Assembly (NCBI GenBank): GCA_002269645.1
Contig: NIVC01003297.1
Span: forward strand, 41,767-105,766
Length of the DNA stretch: 64,000 bases
DNA from: Macrostomum lignano
Taxonomy: Eukaryota
Reading direction: 5' to 3'
The first letter of the stretch is position 1. Each line of letters begins with the position of its first letter. Shown here piece by piece: positions 1-16,883 of the stretch. The notes below the pieces were generated by a model. It was not told where the DNA came from and ran no database searches. It saw only the letters and a program-made list of their open reading frames with translations. The position numbers were made by a program, and so were the translations under genes.

Positions 1-2080
1 TCAAATTATTCTCCATTCTCCACCCTTATTCTCCATGTCCTAGTGATTGGTTTTAATTTAAACTATATATTTAGGTTGAAGCTACCAAAAAATGAAGCTC
101 AATTTTGAAATCATCACTATCAAAAACTACTATTGAGAGAAAACTATGACCGTATCAAAACTGCAACTAATTTATCAACATTAACTTGAAGAAGTCCCAT
201 TGGCCACATTTTTTTACTTTTTTTTTAAAATTTAACCACAATAATTATTTACACTACAAGTTTGTTACTTCATTTAGATAGTATTTGTCTATTTTATTAT
301 TAGGAAAGTAATATTTTACACTAAGTTAAATTCTTATCAAAATAATATAAATATTGCAGGGGTGTTTCTTCTTACTCTTTAGATTTCAATCCTTACCATT
401 AAGCCACCAAAGTTGTCGTAGGGCTTACTTCTGTCCTCCAACTATCCCATTAATTGCCACCAAGTTGTTACAGGTTTTTAATTTCCCTCTATTAAATTTT
501 TATTGCTGACACTAAATTTTGCCTTAATTTTTCTAACTGTTTCTTAGAATCTTATATATTTCTGGGTAGCATTCTTGTAGTGTTCTGGTAGCATTCCTAA
601 TATATGCTCTAGTAGCATTCTTAGTATATGGCCTGAGTGGTCTTACTGGTATATGTACTTTCTCTCTCCATTCTGGGCATTACCAAGATTAGAGGGTCAC
701 AGCAATTACTCTTAGTACTCTCTTTGCATAAATTCCCAATTCTAACTTTCAATACTTTCAATAAAATAAGCAATGATCTGAGAATGGTTTATCTAACACA
801 TTTTGACATTATAGCCAGCAAACAAGTTTTTCTTCCATCTTTTCGGCTTTCTCCTATTTATAACTAGTCAATTGTGTATATTTAAAACAAATTCTTACAA
901 CTTAAGAATATTTTGCATATTATAACAAAAGAGTATTAATTTTTGTGCTAGTTTAAAAACCACAATTCCTAGAAATAAGATACCGCTACTACATAAATAT
1001 GTATTTTTTTGTCTTTATAAATTGAGGTACATAGTATGTTAATTTGTTTTAATAAAGTAACTTTAGTTTTACTGATCAAATTACTTTTGTTTTAATGGAA
1101 TATTTCTTTACTTAGTTATAGTGCTAGCCAATAGAGAGACATCTTAACACTATAAATCAAAGCAAAAAACAAAAAACTTTCTATAACTTTAGGTTAATCA
1201 TTTTTGTAACCTTTTTGGTAACTTTGAAATTAAATTTTCTTTGGTCTTACTGTTTTAGTTATATGAAGCAAGATAGCAAAGAGGTCTAAAGTAGTGTTTG
1301 TAGAACAAGGCAGATTTGCATAGCAAATCTGTTTAGATAGACCAAGGACATATTGCCAAATGAAATAGGTGTTATTGAATAAGCATTCTGCAAAGCAAAA
1401 AATATGGATTGCCTAGTAAAAAAGGGGACTTCCTTAGAAGTAGACATTAAGTTATTGTATCCAAAATAGTGTGATAAAATATTAAATTAGGATAGACAAT
1501 ATTAAAAAGCCAGAAATATCTTAGTTATTGGTAATGCCATGTTGGACTATATAATTTAGGTGATTAATAGTCAGCAGTGTCTTGCTGCTTGGGTATTAAA
1601 GCTACTAGGATGGGTGCTAACCAATTCAGCGACAAACAAATTTGGCAAAAGCAAATTCATTGACAATCTAATCAAATTTGGCGACAATGAAGGAAAAACA
1701 ATTGTGTATAGTTTTATTAATTCTTATTGTTATATGTATTGGTCTAATTCATATTAGCTTCCCTTTTTTAATAAGTTTGTATGATACATTATTTATCCTG
1801 TGCTTTTCAAATATTCAAATATCCAAATATGCTTTCCAAGAAAATTTGTTCATTCTCAATCTTGAAGATATGCAATGTCCAATTTATTTCAAAGGTCATA
1901 TTGGCTTTAGTATAAAAATCACTACAACTCCTTCGCAACAAGAAACAAATTCTAAAATGTGAAAAAGAGCACAAAGTGACCTTAATTTTGTTCAGCTTCA
2001 CGAGGTTACAATAGAAGGTTCAGGAAAAGGTTGCGGTAAAATTGTAAACTTTAAAAGGTAAAATTGTGGCTGTCATTAAA

Positions 2081-3515
2081 TCACATGGGGGCATTTAGCT
2101 GACTACAGGCCTCAAGCAAAGCTTGGTCTGTTCTTGTGCCTACCTTGTGTTTGTCCCAGATTTTGTTGTAAATGGACTGTCAACGGCAGACAGATGTGCG
2201 CTACTGGCGCCAAAGGGCACCCTGTGACACAAGCTACATATCAAGAGCTGCCAAGCTGGCTTCTTTGTGCAAGAGGCATATGAGCAAGTAAAACGAAATG
2301 TCATTTTGTTGGGCTTTGTGGTTCAGCCTTTGGTGCCAACCCTCCAAATCATTGTTTGTTTGTATAGAGTGGCGATAGGCTGAAAGGCAGTTGGAGATAC
2401 AGATAGAAGATGAAATCCATGTGGCCTATAGTATAAGGCATGAGAGAATATGAGAGATGACTCAGCTGATGAGCAGAAATCTGGTTCAGTGAGACTAGCT
2501 GAGTAAATTATAAAAGTACAATAGCTACATGTACCTGAACATACTCCACAAGTGCAGCTAACTGAGGCTCTTCATGCTGGCTGATTTGCACTCAAAGCGT
2601 GTAAAAGGTTCATTTGATGATTTCAGCTGGTAAAAATGGCAAGGCCATTAGCTGGCGACAAACATTTTGCACCCTGTCATTATCAATGTAAGCTCGCTAG
2701 AGGCCAAGCTACTAGACGTGTTGCCACACAGCTTGTGTAAAATGAAAGAGGCAGCCACGCAGCTGGACACCAAGGAAGACGGAATGAATTGCACTCCATG
2801 CTGCTATTTCAAAGTTGAGAAGAAATTCCCCAGGCCTGCAAAATTGGTTCATATGCAAGTGGCAAGATGTTATTTAATTATTTTAATTATTTAATTATTT
2901 TACTTAATTATTCGAAAAACAAAGACTTGCCTTGCATGTGGAATGATTGCACACTGCTTGAAATAGATCTATGTAGTCCCTATGGCTCTTTCCTTCCCAT
3001 CATCAGTGCAAATAGAAGTGGGACCTGCTTCATTGCTCCATTGTTACCAGAAATGAAAGTGTGAATGCTAAATAGTTGCATGAATGGTTGTCAAACAACT
3101 TTGAAGGTCTCTTCGACAAACCACCTAGGAGACTCTGCAAGAAGTGACAACTGTGCTTCTGTGGCTTGACAGCTGCAGCACCCTGTAGCTTGATAGCAAT
3201 ATCTGGTGGCTCAACAGCTATAGCACCCTATAGCTATAGCTTGATAGTGATGTCTAGTGGCTGCTTGACGGCAGCTTGCAGGTTGACTACATACTTAAAC
3301 TGTGGGTCATAGACTTGACAGCGCCAGTTGAAAGATGTCTGCCCTCTTAGATACTGATAATTGCGAGCAGTTATATAATGTTCTCCTTTTAAACAGATGT
3401 GATGCACCCATAGGCAACATATGTCACATTGTAGGCCATGCTGCCTATTCCAAACTGCTTTTTTGCACAAGGGACATACATGTACATGTAGTGTGGCCAT
3501 TTTTGCTTGATGCAT
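2081..3515 (-). pseudogene. Decayed Mutator-like (MULE) transposase with N-terminal PHD finger
   Basis: Manual minus-strand translation gives a PHD finger (CPLCKKAV..GLQCDICCLWVHHICL..WRC), then QLSLLAESPRWFVEETFKVV (degenerate WxxDGTF), QLFSIH..QVPLLFALM, NFEIAAWSAIHSVF..GCLFHFTQAVW..LMALPFLP, TNNDLEGWHQRLN and IWDKH..LLEACSQLNAPM*. All are typical animal MULE motifs. Stops and frameshifts are present. Confidence 0.85.
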
Positions 3516-4387
3516 CCACTGTATAGCTATTTATGGCCACTCTTTATAAGGCCAATTTAGTGGCTGGGGCATACATGTGCAACTGCTGGCCAACCTAGCC
3601 GATCTGGCCACCATAAATTGTGGTGGACCAGGGGTAAATTGCAAAAATGCGCAGCCTAAAGAATACGGACATAAGACTAATTAGATGACGAGGCATTTAG
3701 CCCTTATAAGACAATCATAGTTACTCCTGCCGTTTACCTAAAATTGCATTAGGGTTTCTTTCACAGGTAAGTCGCATTTTTGGTCAAAAAGTAAGTCGCA
3801 TGGCCAGTATAAATCAGGGGGGTTGCACATGTATGGGCTGGGGTCTTAAGGAACCTCTGCCACAGAAATAGAAATAATGTACACACATAGCAGTAGTATC
3901 AATAAATCACTAAATCTAATCCACCACCAGAGGATTCTTGGCTGCGTCTTAGCATATAGCGCACCCAGCATTTCTGGCAATTATTTTACAGTATATACCA
4001 ACTTCACTATACAAGTGCATTGTATAGAATTTTTGGGGTGGATAAATTGATTGCTCATTAGGGCAGAGGGTGTACAATTGTACATTGAGGGACTATTGAA
4101 TTAGATTGTCGCCAAATTTGTTTGTTGCCAAATTGGTGTGCATCCATTAGGATAACTTATACTGAGGATAGGCCTAGCTTATACATATATAGTAAGAGAC
4201 TATTAGTATATAGATAGAGCTATAAATAATCAGATTTATTTAGATAGGAACTAGCAATCTTTGCCCCCCATTAGGGGACATCTGTATAGAATCTTTGTTC
4301 TCTACAAGTAACAAAAAGATAGCCAAATAAAGCCTTCACAAAGAAAACAGACAAAATATTCTAATGAAGTGCAATGCAAAAAGAAAT

Positions 4388-4606
4388 CATCCCAAGACAG
4401 CAAGCATCCCCCAGATAGCAAGCATCCCCCCGATAGCAAGCAACCCCAGATAGCAAGCATCCCCCAGATAGCAAGCATCCCCAAAATAGCAAGCATCGCC
4501 CAGATAGCAAGCATCCCCCAGATAGCAAGCATCCTCCAGATAGCAAGCATCCTCCAGATAGCAAGCATCCTCCAGATAGATAGCATCCCCAAATAGCAAG
4601 CATCCA
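4388..4606. repeat. 18-bp tandem repeat (CAGATAGCAAGCATCCCC)n, ~12 copies
   Basis: Directly visible; it generates the spurious MLAIWG/GCLLSG/DACYLG ORFs. Confidence 0.95.
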
Positions 4607-4704
4607 CCAGACAATAAGTAGCTAGTGCGACAATTGCCTTAGCATTATAATGGCTCCTTAAAAATTTGCTTACTTTTACGTTTGAAACTGTGTATCTTTT
4701 AACA

Positions 4705-5370
4705 ATGTGGCTCTTTAATGTTTTACATGGTGGCTCTTTTATGTTCTACATGGTAACTCTTTTATGTTTTATATGGTGGCTTTTCAATGTCTGACATAGT
4801 GGCTCCTAAATGTTTGACATGATGGCTCTTTTGTTTGACATGGTAGCTCTTTAATATTCTACATGGTGGCTCTTTTATGTTCAACATGGTGGCTCTTCTA
4901 TGTTTGACATGGTGGCTCTTTATTGTTTGACATGGTGGCTCTTTAATATTCAAAATGGTGGCTCTTAAATGTTTAACATAGTGACTTTTTAATGTTTTTC
5001 ATGTTTGCTCTTTAATATTCTACATGGTGGCTCTTTTATGTTCGAAATGGTGGCTCTTTTTTGTTCTACATGGTAACTCTTATGTTTTATACAGTGGCTT
5101 TTTAATGTCTGACATGGAGGCTCTTTTATGTTTGACATGGTGGCTCTTTAATGTTTGACATGGTGGCTCTTTAATGTTCAAAATGGTGGCTCTTTTATGT
5201 TTGACGTGGTGGCTCTTCTATGTTTGACATAGTGGCTCTTTCATCTTTGACATGGAATCACGTATATGTTTGACATGGTGGCTCTTTTATGTTTGACATG
5301 GTAACTCTTTAACGTTCGACATGGTGGCTCTTCTATGTTTGATATTGTGCTTTTTTATGTTTAGCATTTT
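4705..5370. repeat. 23-bp minisatellite (ATGTTTGACATGGTGGCTCTTCT)n
   Basis: Directly visible degenerate tandem array inside the Helitron-B copy. Confidence 0.9.
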
Positions 5371-5405
5371 GTGTTTTTAAGGTGTTCTAATAAAAAAATC
5401 TTTTT

Positions 5406-5470
5406 GCACTGCTAAGATTCGAACCCAGGTCGCTATATTAGCATTCCAGTCTATTCGCATCTGGGCTATC
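5406..5470 (-). other. tRNA-derived (SINE-head-like) segment inside Helitron B
   Basis: Minus strand reads TAGCCCAGATG..(A-box-like)..ATGCTAA..GACCTGGGTTCGAATC (B box/T-arm) followed by a T-run. There is no proper acceptor stem. A homologous copy lies at 57512-57578. Confidence 0.55.
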
Positions 5471-6773
5471 TCTTTTAAATTGGAGAACATGAACTGTGGC
5501 CCTTATAATTCAATTCTTACAGCAAGTCAATTGGAGTAAAAAGTTATGACATAATCAATTTCTCAGTCAGCCAGTATCAGTCTCAATTTAAGTTAGCAAT
5601 ATGGTTACACAATTTTAATCAAGTCTTGTGTGCTTTTCTATGGCACTGTTTTCAACTTGTTGTGATGCAATCTTTATCATAATTGAAATTCAGTCAGTCA
5701 GGTTTTTCTCTAGCATTCTTACAATGCATTTCAAGTTGAAAATTTTGCTTGACCTTTGCAAAAAAGCAGGTTTTTTGAATATTTAATCCCTTTAAAATTG
5801 AGCAATTTCTTAGCCAAGATGCATGTACTGTCCCAGAAAAATTTCTGATCAAATGGTGCAAGTTTGAAGAAAATCAGTTAAGCCATTTTTCTGAAATCTA
5901 TCTCACACATACATATACACATATAGACAACTATATGGGAAAAGCATAAAGCTAAGCCCCTGGGCCTAGTTATAACTGGGTAATAAATTGGTAGGATTTT
6001 GATTAAGCAAAATTTCTCTAAAACAACCTATAGTTTAGATTCTCTAAATTTATTAGATTTATTTATTAATATTTATTAATATATACTAGGTTTAATACTA
6101 GAAAAAATGATGACACCTTGTTTGTAATATGTAATTTGTATGCCAATATTTATAAAAAGTCATTGACACAATGCAATGTTTCTACTATGTATGTTATATA
6201 TGTCAGGATATAAGCTAGGCCTAATATATGCCAAAAATGACAAGTAGACCTACCTTGTTATATGCCAGGAAATTCAGGTCTACATGTTGCCTTCCAAATT
6301 ATAGAGAACAACTTGATAGCAATGGGATACAATAAAGTAACTAATAGCAAATAGTACTAGGCATAAGTTCTAAAACAACTTACTTAGTGACAATTGTAAG
6401 AATTTATTAGGCCTAGGATAGAGCTAGAACCCTAGTTACAACTTAGTATTAAGAGTAGGATCTTTTTGTGTAGGACTATAGTAGGCCTATTATTACTTAC
6501 AATAACTAGGTTCTGTAATTGATAAATAGAATTTTTATTAGGTAGAAGTTATCCTCTAGCCTAGAACAACTTGGTGGCATTAGTGGGATGGGATAGAGTA
6601 GCTAAAAACAGAGAACCCAACAATATGTTGACCATAAAAATAACTATCTAGCTATTTATACAGTCACTAGGGCCTAAGGCCTATATAGCATAACAATAAG
6701 AATAGCTAAGGCCTAACAACTACCAAAAACCTAATATATAAGGCCTAAAGTTTCATTGATATGGCAGCCGTGT

Positions 6774-6881
6774 CTCTAATAATGACTAGGTCCATACTTA
6801 GACACGGCTGCGTGTTTATAAGTATTTGCATTATAGACATGGCCGCCATGTCTATAAGTATGGACCTAGTCACTATTAGAG
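6774..6881. repeat. Short foldback with 27-bp inverted arms
   Basis: CTCTAATAATGACTAGGTCCATACTTA and TAAGTATGGACCTAGTCACTATTAGAG (1 mismatch). The internal CATGGCNGCCRTGTCT motif recurs at ~8185-8250. Confidence 0.75.
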
Positions 6882-8712
6882 TAGGCATTCTGGTGAGGGT
6901 CACGTGACCTGTGCGTGCCGAGCAAAATCTGCTAAAAAGAGCTAAATGATACCAACTTCATATGATAAAAAAACTAGAAAACCAAGAGAGTTAAGAAAAA
7001 CGGAAATATATGTCCTGAAGAGAGAGATTTAAGCTTTAATTTGAGACTACTTGGAGGTTCCTACAATGTCAAATAGTGAAGCTACGGTAATTTGAAAAAC
7101 AAACAAATTCACCATGCTTTGGAAACTGTGACAACACGGGAAAATTAAGTAACTGACAGAAATTTGAATTGCATCAAAACGAGTGCTTTTTTTGATAAGC
7201 GGTTTTCAGTAAAACAAAGATTAATAGTTACGGAATATATTTCTTCTGCAATGCAAAGAAAATTGAGATATTTTTCTTCTATAAATATTAGTCCAAAGTC
7301 TTCAACTAAAATTTTTGACTCGAAACAAGACTGGTGACAGGGTGGTGACACGATGTTTTTTACGTAGGATTTCATGGTGAATAAGATGCAAAAATAATTT
7401 TGGAGCTATCTTAACGCGCAACAACGCGCGACTGATTCAAAGTAAACCCTAGCCTAGTTGCATTTCAGACTACCCTTTTAGAAGCAAATGGACTTTCTTT
7501 TTCTTCTTTTTTCTTCTGTTTTATTCATCCAAAATGGCATACAAACACGAGGAAACAATGATCTCATTGCTAGATCTTACCACAACTCCAATAATAGTAC
7601 CAATGTTTTGGGTAAACAGCAGGAGTAAATACCTCGTCATCTAATTAGTACTTGTTTCCTAATTTAAAGTACTAATTAGATGGGCATTTTTGCAACTTAT
7701 CTTGGCTAGGCCCCTTGCCAGACAGCTAGATCTGCTGGGTATTGCACTTGGATGATCTATATAAGGATAAAAATGGAATAATTGTGGTCTGAGGATTAAA
7801 ATTTCATTTACGTCACCTCATTATTTTGAGAATAGAAGAAAAACTATCAATTGTATTTTGCAAAGTATTAATTCAAAAAATCTACAAAAAAAATGCTAAA
7901 AAATGACATATTAGGCATAAAAATGCATTGGATAGTTCAAAAGCTATATTATCTATAACTCGGAAAATCAGACATTTTGAAGAAAAATGATCACAGTACC
8001 TTATGGGAAAAATGCATTACGGAAGTGTCAAAAAATGTGATACTAAAAATGCTATAACTTTTTCATTACTTGACCAAAATTCAAAAGTGAGGTGTCTTTT
8101 TACTCATACTTGTATGCTCAATCAAAGAAAAGCAAAATATTTGCTAATCTTGAAACTTCAAAAACCTCACCAGAATGCCTAATTAGAGACTCGGCTGCCA
8201 TGTCTATAAGTTTCTGCATTATAGACACGGTCGCCATGTCTCTAAGTGTGGCATTTTCTGAAAAATGGGCTGATAGTGATAGTGATAAGATAGGGCCTAC
8301 CAACAAGTTAAAAGACAGGAAAATCTTTGATTAGGCCTATAGGCCTATATAATTAAATAACTAATAAGTATTTTACTTAAGTTATTAACTATCTGTAAAA
8401 TAATGCGATATACATAAATGATTAAAAATCTATGAAACAGTCAATCCGGGTGCGACCACATGTACATCATGTATTTGCAATTTATCTGGACTGCATTCAT
8501 AATTCTAAATTCATAATTCAAAATAATTCTATTGCGTTCATGCAGTTAACGGCGCATACGATATAGGATATAGCAAAAACCTTATAGATAGAGTCGAACC
8601 TTACAACTAGTATTACATGTATCACTCAGATTCTGGTCCGTTGAGGAGGTCTGTTGCGGTCCCGTTGCGGTCCCTTTGCGGTCCGTTGCGGTGTTTACAC
8701 GGACCCGTAATT

Positions 8713-8972
8713 GGGCCTTTTCATATTACCAATTCCAGAACCAGAATCGGTTTGGAATTCCAAGAAAAACAGCAGTATAACTATTTAACTCTGTTAATAT
8801 TTGACTGCCTTAACAACCTTACTTAGCACAATTTTTAACATTCTTTTTGGTGATTGTCATTCAATAATAAAAACTTTATAGCACGTATCTCCCTTTAGTT
8901 ATGGAGACTAAAAGTTATACTTCACAAATTGGTTCTGGTTCTGGAACCAGAACAAGCAATATGAAAAGGCCC
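8713..8972. mobile_element. PIF/Harbinger-like MITE (260 bp)
   Basis: TIR GGGCCTTTTCATATT / AATATGAAAAGGCCC with a 3-bp target duplication ATT (8710-8712 and 8973-8975). Confidence 0.75.
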
Positions 8973-8977
8973 ATTGA

Positions 8978-12081
<3,104 letters not shown>

Positions 12082-15000
12082 TCTCTACATATAAAAATCA
12101 AAACTCTGTCTGTCTGTGTGTGTGTCTGTATACAAATTTGATCGTTATGGACTCCCAAACCGCTCAAACAAATGACACCAAACTTTACACCCACCCTAAA
12201 CTTACTACGGAGAATGTCTTAGGCTACCTTTTAATTTCCTAAATTTGAGTCTTCCCACCTAAAAGTGCAAAAAACTGCTCAAAATGCGCAATTTTTTAAC
12301 TAAATCCTCCATAGCGCCGCTCCACTTCTACCGATTCTCTTTAAATTTGACACAGATAATCTTTAACTATTTTGGCACAATCATGTAAAATTTCGAGTCT
12401 CAAAGTTAATCCTGAGCGGTGCTGTGCACTTTTAAAGTTAGGCTGTTTTTTTCAGCGTGGCAACCACCCCAACCTCCGCCCGCCTGCCTCTCTTTCCCGA
12501 TACCGATCTGAGCCCAGATGTGTAAAATGGTTTCAAAATTGACTAGCTTTCAGCTGCCATAAGTTTGCTCCACGTAAAGCGATTGACTTTAAACTTGACA
12601 CAATTCTTCATTGACTCATTCTCTATCTAAATGTAAAGTTTCAACTCTGTAACTCAACCGAAAAAGAAACTGTAAGCATGTGAAGTTTGTCTGCTTTTTC
12701 TGTTGTTTGTGCCACTCACTCACTCATTCCCCCAGAGCGAGACGAAGGGTCAGGCGATAGGACTGAATGTACATAGCAAATGTACAGTGTTTTGGAATAA
12801 CTTTATTTATAGCCTTCTCTGCACCCCGAGAGTGGAGAGGCGTGGAGAGGAGAGAGTTTAGCGAGAGATTCAACCACTGTCCTCACTCCTGTGTATAAGA
12901 CAAGTCTGCAGGAGTTAAACAAGGATGGCAAATCAAGGCGATGTGGGATGGTTTTTAAAAATAGCGAAAAATTAATGATTACAATGAACTGATTACAATG
13001 CAATCCTACTAAATTGCTTACACCATGAAAATTTTAACATTAAGATACGAATAAGGTACTTGAAAATTTAAATAACCTCCTAAGAAATGCGTATTTCCTT
13101 GGTTGTTAGACTGCTGCAGACTGTGGTGGTGGAGCTAGAGAATGGAGATACACAAATTCCTCTCAGGACTGCTAATTGGCCAGAAAGAGCACGAGAAATT
13201 ATAACAACCATGATAGTACTACGTCCCACAAACTGGATTTCGAAGCAGGGATCGGCAGATTTTTATCTCAAAGGCCAGATAAAGAATCAAGCTTATGGCT
13301 GCGGGGCAGATGAGAGTGAAAAGGAAAAGGAGTAGACTATTAGAAAGGGAGGAGGGGCGAGAGGGGATAAGAGAATAGATAGAAGATATCAGGAGAGACG
13401 AGGGGGTCGAGGGCAGCGGCAGAGCAGAGAATATGGGAGTCGGGAGGAAGAAGCGAGAGGAGGGAAGAGAGAAGGGAGATGGAATTAGAGGTGAGAAGAT
13501 GGAGAGAGAAGAGGGGAGAGATGAGACAGAGGATCAATGAGAGAGGAGAGTAGAAAAGAGTGAGAAGAGATGAGAGATGAGAGAACAGAGAGGCAGATGA
13601 GAGAGGATCGAGAGGAGAGATTAGAAAGGATAGAGAAGAGAGGAGATAAGAGGGGGATAGAGGGAGAGAGAGGAGTGAGAAGAGGAGATAAGAGATGAGA
13701 GAGGGAAGAGTGAGAAGATGAGATAAGATATAAGATATAAGAGATAAGAGAGAGAGTTGAGAAAGAAGAGAGGAGAAAGGAGAGATGATAGAGTAAAGGG
13801 AAGAGGAGGAGAGAGGAAAGAGATGAGATCGTGGAGATGAGAGAGATGAAAAAAAGATGATCGAGAGAGTAGAGATGAGAGATGAAGGAAGAGAGAGCAG
13901 AGTGCAGAGAGACGAGAGAAGAGAATAGAGGGGAGAGAGTATAGAAGAAGGAAGAGAAGAGAGGAGTAAGGAAAGAGGAGTGTCAGAAGAGGGGAAAGAG
14001 AAGAGTACACAGTAGAGAGGAGAGTAGAGATGACAGAAGAGAGAGGGGAATGAGAGAGCGAAGATGAGAGTGAACAGACGATATAAGAGAGGAGAGAGGA
14101 GAGTGAGAAAGAAGAGAGAAGACAAGAGAGGGAGAGAGTATAGAAGAGAGAAGTGAAGAGACAAGAAGAAAGAAGAAAGGATCGAGTCCTCCTGAGTCAA
14201 AAAAGGGGAAAGAGAGGAGTACAAGTGGAGAGAGGTGAGAGAACATATGAGAGTAAAGATGACAGAACAGAGAGGGGAGATGAGAGATCAGAACAGACGA
14301 GAGATGGGAGAGTAGAGAGAAAAGAGGAGAGATAAGAAATAAGAGATGAGAGGTGCAGACAAGGGAGAGATGAGAAGTGAGTGAGGAGAGAGGAGGGGAA
14401 GGGAGAGAATCGAGAGGACAGGGGAAATTGGTGAAAAGGACGAGAGAGGAGAGGAAAGAGGGGAGAGATTAGAGAGAAGAGAGATAGGACAGGAGATAGC
14501 AGAGAGATGAGAGGAGAGAGGGGGGAGAGGAGAGAGAAGATAAAAGAAGAAAAATGAGAGATAAGATAGCAAAGACGAGAGAGAAGGGAGAGGTGAGGGA
14601 TAGAAGACATGAGAGGAGAGAGTTGAGAGAAGAGAGGAAAAAGGAGAGAGTAGAGATAAGGAAAAAGTTAAGAGAGGGTATAGTAAGGAGTGAGAAGAGA
14701 GGTGAGGGAAGAGAGAGCAGAGAGCAGAGGGAAACAAGAAGAGATAAAAGAGGAGAAAGGAGATATGAGAGACCAGAGACCAGAGAGAAAAGAGGAGAAG
14801 AGAGAGAAAAGAATAGAGGGGAGATGGAAGAGACGAGAGAAGAGACGAGAGAGGAGAGAGGACAGAGGAGAGAAGAAAGAAGAGATAAGAGGAGAGAGAG
14901 AGAAGAGACAAGAGAGAAGATAGGAAACAGAAAAGAAGATGGAAGTTTCAAAGGATGCAAAGGACATAGGGAGAGGCAGAGGTAGAGGCCAGAGTTTGCC

Positions 15001-15199
15001 TGACATTCTGCGCAGCACCCCAGCCAACAATAGCAATGTTTGCCTCAAATCCTAATTTTACATGAATGTACACTATTTAACTCTAATCCTAACTATTAAC
15101 AAGTTTTTGTTTGAGTTTGACCTCAGATTTTAGAATACATGCAAAAAATCCAGGGAATGGAGTTCCCCGGGTTCAAAATCCGCGGGTTTCAACAGCTTG
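12082..15199 (+). mobile_element. Non-autonomous Helitron-like element, family A, copy 2 (head-to-tail with copy 1)
   Basis: TCTCTACATATAAAAATC begins immediately after the CTTG of copy 1. It has the same organisation and ends CTTG|T at 15199/15200. Confidence 0.8.
13310..14990. repeat. AG-rich low-complexity tract of Helitron A copy 2
   Basis: Directly visible. Confidence 0.95.
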
Positions 15200-15730
15200 T
15201 TGTTTATAAACGGAAAAAAATAACGAGTCAAATTAAGTCAAAAACTACAACAAATACCACAAACATTAGAAAATGTAATCGCTAAATTTAAGTAAAAATG
15301 TTTTGTTTTGGTTTATGAAACTAGCAAAATTAAAATAAATGGCTAGTCCAGATAAAAAACCTTCAAACTGTTTTAAAATAGCGCGTGAGTTCAGAAGTTT
15401 TCGTGTGTTCAAAATTCAATTATTGCTTAATTTAAGAACATCATTCGGCCATTCGGCCAGGCCCCTTAAACAACATTTTCAGCGTTTCCAATGCTAGGGT
15501 TTAGAGCGTACAAATCTTTAAAAAGTTCAAAGCATACATGCGCAACTGCTGGCCGACCTGGCCGTGGCCGATCCGGCCACTATAAATTGTGGTAGACCAG
15601 GGGTAAGTCGCAAAAATGCCCACCGCCGTTTAAATCAAATTGCATTGATTTCGCTTTAGTGTTTCCCTTATAGGTAGGCCTAGGGTAAGTTGCATTTTTG
15701 TTCAAAAAATAAGTTGCATAGCCAATGTAA

Positions 15731-16883
15731 ATCAATTGGCATTCCTTCGGTTTACGATCATTGAAATTAGTGACGATCCCCATTGGAGAGATAGGGAAGA
15801 TACAAAAGTGTTGTTTATTTCTTCAACTTGCAAAACAGTAGACAAGCACTGCAATCCTTTTTATTTATACATCATAACACAAGTAGCACGCATGTTTGAA
15901 TAAAAAAGAAGGTGGATTTTTAGTGATCCATTTCACTGCTCCAAGAATCCAAAGACGATCCTATATATCCACTTCGGTTTATGATCATTTAAATGGGAGT
16001 AATACATGTAAATGATCGTGAACCAAAGCTAGCCATGTATTGAGATAGCTACAAGCTTTATCTGAAATCAAGCCCTATCTCGATACATGGCTAGCTTTGG
16101 TTCACGATCATTTACATGTATTACTCCCATTTAAATGATTGTAAACCAAAGCTGAGGGGGGGTGCCAGCGTGCAGAGAATAATAAAGTGTCAAGTTACTT
16201 AGCAGTGCACGTTAACTCAAGACATTTTAATCGCCAACAAGTCCCACCAGTTGAACTAATAACTATGACTATACATGTCTTCAACACCCTCCCCTCAGCT
16301 TCGGTTCACAATCATTTATATGCATTGCTTCCATTTAAATGATTGTAAACCGAAGTGGATATATAGGATCCCACGTCTTCTTGGATTCATTTTTGGAAAT
16401 TGAAATCATGCACTAACCCCCTTAACTGTCTCGATACATGGCTAGCTTCGGTTTACAATCATCTACATGTATTACTCCCATTTAAATGATTGTAAACCGA
16501 AGTGGATATATAGGATTGTCTTCTCGGATTCATTTTTGGAAATTGAATTCATGCACTAACCCTCTCAATTAGCTATCTCAATATATGGCTAGCTTTGGTT
16601 CACGATCATTTACATGTATTGTTTCCATTTAAATGATCGTAAACCGAAGTGGATATATAGGATCCTTGTCATTGCCATCGCAATGCCATGAAAGTAACCA
16701 TTTGTTGGCTATTCTGTTCAGTTTTTCTAATAGGCCTATGTAACATATAAGCTCAGTTAGTTTAACAATTTTGTTTATTTCAAGCAAGCTACGATCATTT
16801 ATATGGAAAATTACATGGGGATCGTGAACCAAAATGTACATGGAAAAATGATTGTAAACCAAAGGAATGCCAATCAATAAGGG
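15731..16883. repeat. Foldback cluster of tandem and inverted modules
   Basis: Outer inverted repeat ATTGGCATTCCTTYGGTTTACRATCATT at ~15731 and ~16853-16883. Near-perfect ~75-bp inverted arms at 15972-16048 and 16075-16150. The module repeats several more times up to 16660. Confidence 0.8.

Larger units (their letters stand above)
4251..5940 (-). mobile_element. Non-autonomous Helitron-like element, family B (diverged copy)
   Basis: The minus-strand 3' end is hairpin + CTAG|T at 4251 (same CTAGCAATCT..CCCC..GGGG end as 52855 and 58081). 5400-5900 aligns by eye with 57500-58020. The 5' end near 5940 is approximate. Confidence 0.7.

Noticed and set aside
1150-2050. Degenerate exon-like segments (also ~6200-6700, ~19000-19290, ~22870-23010)
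   Set aside because: Splice-like borders are present but frames contain stops and no family could be recognised.
2461-2485. Hammerhead-like CTGATGA..GAAA
   Set aside because: No room for stem II and no stems I/III.
4302-4953. Repetitive ORFs (MLAIWG, GCLLSG, DACYLG, KEPP)
   Set aside because: Translations of the 18-bp and 23-bp tandem repeats.
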